NCBI RefSeq assembly: GCF_001194135.2
Contig: NC_068981.1
Location: forward strand, 68,289,131-68,322,365
Length of the DNA stretch: 33,235 nucleotides
Direction: 5' to 3'
Source of the DNA: Octopus bimaculoides
Taxonomy: Eukaryota
The notes beneath the pieces were generated by a model. It did not search any database. It was given only the letters and a program-made list of their open reading frames with translations, and had not been told where the DNA came from. The position numbers and the translations under genes were made by a program. Every line of letters begins with the position of its first letter. Within the stretch, counting starts at the first letter, position 1. Shown in pieces: positions 23,680-33,235 of the stretch.

Positions 23680-24680
23680 GCATTCGTATAAAAACACACA
23701 CACGCATACAGACAAAAGCGCATGTATGCGCGCACAGTACCGCATATATTAAATTATGCACACTTAGACGCACGTATGCATATGTGCATTTTTCTACATA
23801 CCTACATATATCGCTCTGCCTTGATATGTATATGTGTGTGTCTGTGTGTGTATTGACACGCACACACACAAAGACACACAAGCACACACACATGCATATA
23901 CATATATTAAACGCACTTTATTACCTACGTATGAAGAAAGGTGTATTTTTGTATACATACTCACACACACACACACACACACATACATATATATATATTG
24001 TATATATATATATATATATATATATNNNNNNNNNNNNNNNNNNNNNNNNNNNNNNNNNNNNNNNNNNNNNNNNNNNNNNNNNNNNNNNNNNNNNNNNNNN
24101 NNNNNNNNNNNNNNNNNNNNNNNNNNNNNNNNNNNNNNNNNNNNNNNNNNNNNNNNNNNNNNNNNNNNNNNNNNNNNNNNNNNNNNNNNNNNNNNNNNNN
24201 NNNNNNNNNNNNNNNNNNNNNNNNNNNNNNNNNNNNNNNNNNNNNNNNNNNNNNNNNNNNNNNNNNNNNNNNNNNNNNNNNNNNNNNNNNNNNNNNNNNN
24301 NNNNNNNNNNNNNNNNNNNNNNNNNNNNNNNNNNNNNNNNNNNNNNNNNNNNNNNNNNNNNNNNNNNNNNNNNNNNNNNNNNNNNNNNNNNNNNNNNNNN
24401 NNNNNNNNNNNNNNNNNNNNNNNNNNNNNNNNNNNNNNNNNNNNNNNNNNNNNNNNNNNNNNNNNNNNNNNNNNNNNNNNNNNNNNNNNNNNNNNNNNNN
24501 NNNNNNNNNNNNNNNNNNNNNNNNNNNNNNNNNNNNNNNNNNNNNNNNNNNNNNNNNNNNNNNNNNNNNNNNNNNNNNNNNNNNNATATATATATATATA
24601 TATATACATATATAAACATCGTGTGTATGTACACACACAGCCACATGCACACATATATACACACACATATTCAAACACAC
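23680..24680. repeat. (AC)/(GT)/(AT) microsatellite-rich tract around gap 24026-24585
   Basis: Seen directly. Confidence 0.9.
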
Positions 24681-25279
24681 GGGCACAGTGTTTTTTTCGT
24701 GTACCAAATCCATTTTGGTCGGCCCGATGCCATAGAAGTAATCACGTAATGTGACTTAACTTGGCAATATGTTGTCTGGAAGCAAACTTCTTGCCGTACA
24801 GCAACATGTATACATTCATGTCTATATATTGATAGATGTAAATGTAGTTATAAAAGTCTATGTACATATATATGTATATAATTTACATCGTATACAGATC
24901 CGCACATCTCAAATATAGCGATATAATGAAAACAAATTATAATTGATTAGGTTGTCAACAACAACTTCCCAATGTGCATTGAACTATTGGTGTTAAAATT
25001 TGACGCAAATACAATGAAACATACTCGGCAGCAGAAAGTTGTTCACATTACGATTTTGGTATGGTATTATGCAAAATGTTACGCATTACAATATTCTTTA
25101 TAAATATAAATTAGGCGTGTGCTTGTGTGCATAAATCGGAATTTATATATCAGAAAATAACGTTCATATACAAAGACTGTGATACGCACACAAAATTCAC
25201 ACAACCGCAACCGCACCTATATATGCATATGCAAAATGCACGTAGACGCGTATAAGCACAGACATGTAGAATTATATAT

Positions 25280-25477
25280 CTACACACACGCACGCACACG
25301 CACACACACAAATACTGATATATACTCACTCTCTCCATCTCTCTCTCTCTCTACACACACACACATGTATATACATATATATACACACACACGCACATAC
25401 ACAGATACTGGTATATACTCACTCTCTCTATCTCTCTCTCTACACACACATGTATATACATACACACACACACACAT

Positions 25478-25557
<80 letters not shown>
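25280..25557. repeat. Compound microsatellite with a tandem duplication of about 93 bp
   Basis: The unit atactg(a/g)tatatactcactctct...(ct)n acacacacatgtatataca starts at 25312 and again at 25405. Confidence 0.9.
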
Positions 25558-25558
<1 letters not shown>

Positions 25559-27340
25559 ACTTCTTCAACAATTACTTTATATTAATTTATGTTATGGTTA
25601 TACAGAATGTGAAAATCGTACGTCATGCATCACTATCTTTAGATAGTCTTAAGTGAATATATATAAACTTAAGTAAATAAACATATCTTACTTACCACCA
25701 GATCTTCTTTTCTGAGTAAAATCCACTGATAACAGTACAGTCGGTGATTCCCATGTTTCGTCGCCGCACAAGTGCGTTAATTTATTGTAAATTATTATAA
25801 AAATCAATGGTAGCACTAATAATTCATTAACAATAATATTATTGTTATGTTACCCAATATAGTTATACATACATGTGTATATATATATATATTTATATTG
25901 CTTAGGGTTTACCTTTTTGTGTTATTTAAAAGAAAAATATTTGAATGAATAATTTCAGGGTTACATATGCTAAAATTTTGATTAAAATAATGTTAAAATA
26001 TCTAACTTATTTTGTATGCTTTTCTTTTTGTTTTCTTTCTTTCACGAGATACTATACCGTACGTCAGTTCTTCTAGCGCGGGACAATGAATGAAGAAAGT
26101 CTCATTAATGCCATGTATAAACTGCAGCTTACAACGAGCTTTCAACGCAACAGGCACCTTGGATGATCCATCAAGTCTTCAGTAGGCCACCTGCAGTGAG
26201 AAAATGAGAAGGAAAAAAATAGAATATGATGATGAAAATATAAAAATGTGAGAAAGAAATCGAAGAATTTAGAGATGCTAGTTAACAGTGAAATAAATAA
26301 ATAAATGAAAATGGGAAGGGGTAGAAAGAAGAAATAAATAATATTAAACAACAAGATGCTAGTTGAAGAGGAGATAGAATGCGAATGGTTTACGAAACGA
26401 CATTTCTTCAAGAACAATGGTCAGTGAAGTTGAAAGAAAATCTGAATGCAGTTTCCTGTATTGCATACGTAAGACCACTGGAGCGCAAAATAGGAATATG
26501 AAGCTACTAAAGAGAAAAAAATATTCAGCATTTTAAAGAAAAAAGTCATTGATAGAAACGGTTGTAAATACATTAGTAGTTGTGCTAGTAGAGGTGTAGG
26601 TGTTGATGGCACTGCTTGTAATAGTGATGTTTGTTGCCAGTGGAAGGAAACTTTACCGAGGATGTATATTGTATGCTGATATTTGTAGTTCATTTGCGTT
26701 TGGATATAGCGTTCCTATGTTTGTTACACGACATCTGAGAAGCACTATATGGTTGGATGCCTTCATTTCTATTTATCCGTGTCCACTCCCACATAATACA
26801 TCCATGTGTGTGTGTGTAATATCCCGTATGTGAATTATTACTAGTACTAAAAGAATATGAAAGTTATATCGTTCTCTTCACGTTTTAGAAAACTTTGTTT
26901 AACCACAGGAAAGTAAATGTTATCCACTGTGGTTTCTTCTAGCAATAATCTATAGGAAATTGTATCACCTTGTACGAAAGAATATGAACTAATGTAAATG
27001 TTGTGTTCACACGGAAAAAATTTAGTTGTTCACTGTTTCAGATTGCATACATATATTTTTGACACTAATGAATGAAATATAAAGGGAGTTGACAAAAAAT
27101 ATTCATTTAAGAAACGAGCAGGTGCATTAAAAAAAGAAATTAACGACTAGATGGTGAACGTTTGAAAATGATCAAAGATGCCGATTTTGTACTTTAATAT
27201 TTGCTTAATAAAGGTTTCGATAAGATAAATATTATTGAAATGATTGTTAAATATATTAACTTCAGTAAAATCATTTGCTACTACAATTTTCTTTCAAATT
27301 TGATTTAGAAGCAATTCGAGGCATTTATTCGAAATTGAGC

Positions 27341-27656
27341 ACACGTACACAAGGTATGTGTGTTGTTAGTTCGTGGGTCGGCTGCGGTTTTTAGACGTAA
27401 GAGAATATATTCTATATGCGACTGGTGTAAAAAAAACCCCAAAACCCCTCCAAAAAACTGAAAGTAAGTCTGTCAAGCGAGACAACTCACAAGTCCCTTC
27501 TCAGAGAAACAGATATTGATATTTCGGCATTGTTTTGACTTATCAATTTCACATACCAGTATGCTTGACTATGACTTACTTTCATGAGATTTTCTCTTGC
27601 GTCTATAATCCGCAGCCAACCCACGAACTAACAGCATGCATATCTTGTGTATGTGT
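27341..27656. mobile_element. MITE-like fold-back element with 65-bp inverted arms plus an inner helix
   Basis: 27341-27405 versus the reverse complement of 27592-27656 is 56 of 65 identical and ungapped. The inner pair is 27459-27478 (tgaaagtaagtctgtcaagc) with 27563-27584 (gcttgactatgacttactttca). Confidence 0.8.
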
Positions 27657-28699
27657 TTTCGGTTTTGTTTAGAGTTACCTTTGTCCTAAAGACAAGGACA
27701 TTATCTATGCCACATGAGATCTCAGCTGTGTTGAAAGTCAATTATGCAGCTGCATATTTCATCATTTGTCAAAACACACTTGTCGTTATTGTAAGCTTTT
27801 TTAACATGTCACGCGTTGATGATGGGTGATACAAAACAAACATTCTACACTTGATGTGTAGAATGCCTATTAATATAACATATATCTGCTTCCAGTCTTC
27901 TATATCTCTTTTCAGCGAACAGGCAGCATTGTTATCAAGCACGGGAAAATACTCGGCGACATTTCTTGCCTCTTTACATACTGCGTTCAAATACCGCCAA
28001 AGATTACTTTGACTTTGACTTTATCATTCCGGGCTCGAAATGATAAGCAACTCTTGCGAACTAGTTTCCATGTAATTGATTAGCCCCCTCATACGAAATT
28101 TCATGATTTGTCCCTATATTAGGAAGAAGAACTTTTGCATTTTCGTCAGAGTGTTTAGGATTTAAAAAACAAATAAGGAAATTATAGTACATAGTCAATG
28201 AACGATAACTTAATATCTCATTGTATTTGCCCTTCTAATATTGAAACACAAGAATGGAAACTGCTAAAATAGGACAACATTGTATATGTATTGCTGCTTA
28301 ATCCCCAGTCAATATGGCTTCTAACATTCTACTACAGATTAAATGTGTCGATGCAGTATTCCAGAATACTACGTACACATGATGATAATTTAAAATAGTT
28401 TTCTTCAAAACATAGAAAGCGTAAGCGACATGAAAAAACAGGAAATTGATTTTTCTAAAGCTATTTCGCGTTTTTAAATAATAACAACCGTTTTCCATAC
28501 CACCCACTCTAATGGAAAAATTTTAACACTAGTAGACTTTCTGTGAACACTAATACTATTAACTGACATTATATTTCCAACTTGCTTTCAAGGCTTATTT
28601 TCAGAACTTAATTACGTGATATATTTTAACATATATTTTATGTAAATGACGTATTTTTTTTGTGTTTCAGATATGAATATGAAAATCAAGAGGTTTCGT

Positions 28700-28851
28700 A
28701 CATGATTCATATACATACATACGCACGCGCACGCGCGCACACACCCCCACACCCACGCACCCACATACACACACACCCACAAACACATATATGTATATAC
28801 TTATGTGTGTGTTCATGAGTGTGTGCGGTGTGTATTATATATATATGTTAC

Positions 28852-28916
<65 letters not shown>

Positions 28917-28944
28917 CACATATATATATGTATACACCCCCCCC

Positions 28945-28990
<46 letters not shown>

Positions 28991-29010
28991 GTTACATATA
29001 CACACACATA
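28700..29010. repeat. (AC)/(AT)n compound microsatellite
   Basis: Seen directly; source of the IYIY ORFs 28791-29056. Confidence 0.95.
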
Positions 29011-32000
29011 TACTAGTGCGCACTCGGGATCCTTAATACATTTTGCATTAATTTGATTTCATTGCTATAATGTATTTTCATAAGTATACATACGGTATGC
29101 ATGTGGTAGGAGCGTGGGCAAGAAAGCCCCACTCCTACCCCCACCCCGCAAAGGACATTCAAAAAGATAACAACAAGCTTCGCTTTCATCGTTGTTACGG
29201 TTGAGGGCGCTTTAACTGATCCTGCTTACGCTCTTCGTCAAACAATTTTGCCTCTCATCTTCAACAGATGTTGCGGAAACAAAGTTTGTCGGGGATGATT
29301 GTGTATGCGGAATCATGGTAAAGATGCAGAGAATATGCCAGTTCGGTTCTTCTTTCTCCCTTCTCATGGACGATCTGTCGGAGCCATCGAGCTTGTTCAA
29401 TCTTTGCGCAAGTGATGGAGGCTGAGGGATGTCCTGCTATTCTTCGTGTACCACGTCGGTCGACGCATATACACTTCTACGCGGCTGAACGTTGTCATCG
29501 CATTGCACTGAAAATCTGCAATTAATTTCAGTCTTTCACATAGCTTGAGATCCCAGAGAAATCTGATTACTGACTTCTATTTTCCCTTGGAGCGGCATTC
29601 TTTTTCTGTAACATTTGCATGGAAACTGGAACGATCAATATCTCACTTCAGATTCGCAACTAGGGGATTACCACATTTTTACCACGCGTATGCTCAAGAC
29701 TTTGCGTGCAACCTACAAAAAAGTTTTGGTCAGAGTGCGGACAAATTCTTCACTTCCTCTCTTATGTACGTGTCTATGTATGCATATATATACATATATG
29801 TACGTACGTATATGGGTATTATAAGTATGTATGCGTGTGCGTTTGCGTGTATGCTATAGGTCAATCAAACAATAACATAAAGTAGACCTTGTTACTTGAT
29901 TTTATGATATTTCAGAACAAAACTAAGAGAGCCGCCGAAATTCACATATGTTTCACGTATTTATGGCGCAGCTGTCGGAGAATATCATTTCCCGTTGCTG
30001 AAACACATACAAATCAAGCGTATCTGAAACAAATAAAACTTTAGCCTATAGAAATTATTATCGAAAATTAATCTCTGAATACTATGATCTAAATAGGTTT
30101 ACAATACCAGCATATCCCATAACCTATGAAACCCATGGGCTATGATCATAGTATTTTTGAGCTACTTGTATCCGACAAAGTAAGGAATCATAACTTCGAT
30201 TCTGATTACAAAATTTAAGTAACGCCGAGCATTCTAACTCGGAAGGGTATAGCTGACAACCTAGACTACAGACACAAATTCGGTCTCTTACAAATTTCAG
30301 TTTAACGAAGCATCGCCAGAAGCGATAGCTTATGGAATATATATTACTAGCTTCAGCTCTAGCGATGCGTTCATGCTGGAGCATCACCGTTAGCTTTCCT
30401 ACTCTTGTTAACTAAATTTCATGTGATATGTGACATTTGGTGTATGAGGGAGTTTATTGTTACTGCCTTCTTTTGCGTTGCTTCCTATGCGAAACTCTTG
30501 ACAGAAGGAGATCTAGTTTTGTACTGAAGACGTTTACATCCACACTATGTGGGACTCCTGGGCTTCGTAGAAGGACGCTGTGAAGCAGTATGCGCTTCAA
30601 ACTTTAGCTGTTGCATTATCTGGNNNNNNNNNNNNNNNNNNNNNNNNNNNNNNNNNNNNNNNNNNNNNNNNNNNNNNNNNNNNNNNNNNNNNNNNNNNNN
30701 NNNNNNNNNNNNNNNNNNNNNNNNNNNNNNNNNNNNNNNNNNNNNNNNNNNNNNNNNNNNNNNNNNNNNNNNNNNNNNNNNNNNNNNNNNNNNNNNNNNN
30801 NNNNNNNNNNNNNNNNNNNNNNNNNNNNNNNNNNNNNNNNNNNNNNNNNNNNNNNNNNNNNNNNNNNNNNNNNNNNNNNNNNNNNNNNNNNNNNNNNNNN
30901 NNNNNNNNNNNNNNNNNNNNNNNNNNNNNNNNNNNNNNNNNNNNNNNNNNNNNNNNNNNNNNNNNNNNNNNNNNNNNNNNNNNNNNNNNNNNNNNNNNNN
31001 NNNNNNNNNNNNNNNNNNNNNNNNNNNNNNNNNNNNNNNNNNNNNNNNNNNNNNNNNNNNNNNNNNNNNNNNNNNNNNNNNNNNNNNNNNNNNNNNNNNN
31101 NNNNNNNNNNNNNNNNNNNNNNNNNNNNNNNNNNNNNNNNNNNNNNNNNNNNNNNNNNNNNNNNNNNNNNNNNNNNNNNNNNNNNNNNNNNNNNNNNNNN
31201 NNNNNNNNNNNNNNNNNNNNNNNNNNNNNNNNNNNNNNNNNNNNNNNNNNNNNNNNNNNNNNNNNNNNNNNNNNNNNNNNNNNNNNNNNNNNNNNNNNNN
31301 NNNNNNNNNNNNNNNNNNNNNNNNNNNNNNNNNNNNNNNNNNNNNNNNNNNNNNNNNNNNNNNNNNNNNNNNNNNNNNNNNNNNNNNNNNNNNNNNNNNN
31401 NNNNNNNNNNNNNNNNNNNNNNNNNNNNNNNNNNNNNNNNNNNNNNNNNNNNNNNNNNNNNNNNNATATATATATATATATATATATATAGGTATAAACA
31501 AGCTTTGATTCTTACTTAGGCACTAAACAATATATATACATCAATATGTGGGCTGCTTAGTATGAGCAAAATGCTTTTTATTTGAAGATCCATCCCTGAA
31601 TAACAAATTAGTTTAGTGTAGCAATACTTCAAATATGATACTTCAAATTACCGAATATTTTATCAAGAAGAAAATAGGTCTTTCAAGGTTCTCTATAACG
31701 AAATCACTGTCAGGTTACGAATCTCTCCTAACGACGAGAAAATTGTGAATTATGTCTTGTTTTCTGTGCATTTTTAATGAAAATATAATTGAAAGGTTTT
31801 ATGCTTTATGACTATATGGTGGAAACATGTTATGCTTTATGAATATGAGGCCCTTTTTTTTGGTTGTTTTATTTAGTTCATCAGGGCAGTTTCCAAGACT
31901 ATGTTGGAACGTCTTATTTATCGAGGAATAATTGGATAATTCCGCTAAAAATAATACGCCAATGAGAGGACGAATTAATGGCATTTGCAACAAAATTTAG

Positions 32001-33235
32001 TTGAAGCGTAGTATAAAAAGATAAAATATACCTTCAATTTAGACGACAGTAGTTATTTATAACTAACTTTATTTACTCAATGTATGTTTCTTTTTCATTG
32101 GAAGTCTGTTTAACGCATGTATTTCTTATACTCTATTCACCACTCACGCTTCAATTTAGAATCATCCTGCAGTTACCGAATAGTTTTTTCTCTATAATTT
32201 ACATTACTTTGAACTATAATTCGAGCGGTAGTTTAGAAAGTATATTCTACTACCAATGATACGAATTGTCGCAAGAGTTTGACCGCTGGCGATCTAGTAC
32301 TGTTCAATGGATATGGCACCCGTTTTGGCAACAGAACATTCTGACACTGTAGGCAAACATACGCACTCACAAACACACACATATTCACGCAGGCTTGTGC
32401 ACAGAAATGGGCGCAGAAATGTGAAATAGAGAGAGTTATAGAGTGGGGGGGGAGATAGACGCAACGATTTAATAATTAAACAAGATTGATATCAAACTTT
32501 CCATCTCCACAAAAACAGAAATATGCTCACATGCATAATCAAAGAGCAGGATAAGAGGACGGTGAGAGAGAGGTGTGAGGAAAAGAGGCGAGTTGGAGAG
32601 AGTCATGTGGGAGACTCTCTTAGAAAGAGAGGGAGAGAGATGAGAGGATGCAACAGAATTAGAGAAACATTAAGATGTCCAATATCAGGATCGAGTCAGT
32701 GTCGTCAATGAAGCAGCGCTAAAATAGCAGTACAAAATTTTACTATGACACATATATTTCATATGATTTACATTTTGAAATATGCAATGAGATAATGACA
32801 GATTCCCTATATATAAGCAACTTATAAACGAGTTCAATGTAGTTAATTTATATAAAATTAAGTTTTCAAATTTCGTTCACGCTCAAATTTTTGATGATAA
32901 GGCATTAGTAAAACGGAATTACTTCACACTTTCTATTTTCGACATATCATTTGTATCGTAAAAATCCTAATATATATCACAGTATAACAATTAGTTCCAA
33001 AAATGTTAATGCTGGTACCAGATTAATAATATGTATCAGAATACTTATATGTATTGAGACACCGATATTCATCCAAATTCCATTTGATTTTAAAATATAT
33101 CAGCCGGAGACAGATATTTCGCCGTCTACAATTATTACATCAATCATATTCAATAGCAAATGGTATCATTCAACCATTGCTTTTTACAAATATATACATA
33201 CGGTATACATACATACATGCATATGTATATATATA

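Larger units (their letters stand above)
2096..31465. other. Eleven assembly gaps: 2096-2105, 2867-3280, 4199-4372, 9683-9966, 11763-12708, 13528-14266, 17942-18225, 19268-20057, 21284-21293, 24026-24585, 30624-31465
   Basis: N runs counted from the sequence; every one has a dinucleotide microsatellite on at least one side. Confidence 0.98.

Noticed and set aside
26494-26679. Cys-rich open frame (GCKYISSCASRGVGVDGTACNSDVCCQW) suggestive of a small secreted peptide
   Set aside because: There is no early start codon or signal peptide, the acceptor is poor, and the DNA is a degenerate (GT[AT])-type low-complexity tract.
27769-27990. Minus-strand ORF with protein-like text (NAVCKEARNVAEYFPVLDNN...RDIEDWKQIY)
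   Set aside because: No recognisable family, a non-ATG start and no convincing splice sites.
28671-28692. 22-nt micro-exon candidate (YEYENQE) after a good acceptor
   Set aside because: The donor GTTTCG is poor, and the recurring EYE peptides reflect AT-rich gaatatgaa composition.
29330-29415. VRFFFLPSHGRSVGAIELVQSLRK loosely like the Tc1/IS630 LFLPPYSPDLNPIE motif
   Set aside because: The key YSPD(L)NP residues are absent and no other DDE motifs or TIRs are seen.
30290-30345. FNEASPEAIAYG resembling the HSP70 INEPTAAAIAYG motif
   Set aside because: There is no similarity up- or downstream and a stop follows within a few codons; a chance match.

Overview
This is AT-rich, microsatellite-dense eukaryotic DNA from a draft assembly, with 11 N gaps totalling about 5.05 kb (15%). 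The SINE families and repeat landscape resemble Octopus/coleoid cephalopod genomic DNA; that assignment is recalled, not searched. I cannot identify any host protein-coding gene. Almost all listed ORFs are microsatellite or N-gap artefacts, so the window is probably a large intron or intergenic tract. The real content is a mobile-element graveyard: (i) the 3' end of an R4/Dong-clade RLE non-LTR retrotransposon at the left edge, followed by further elements strung along an (AAT)n tract; (ii) two unrelated frameshifted Penelope-like (Neptune-type, GIY-YIG) fragments; (iii) two tRNA-type SINE families with three copies or fragments each, one copy full-length with a clear TSD; (iv) two MITE-like fold-back elements plus a solo TIR copy; (v) a fossil hAT dimerisation-domain motif; (vi) a GC-rich, strongly structured element of about 230 bp of unknown identity. 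I found no clearly new multi-gene system. The best leads are the AAT-targeted retroposon chain, the structured 5.6-5.85 kb element, and the many inverted repeats that would give long dsRNA (possible ADAR substrates) if the region is transcribed.
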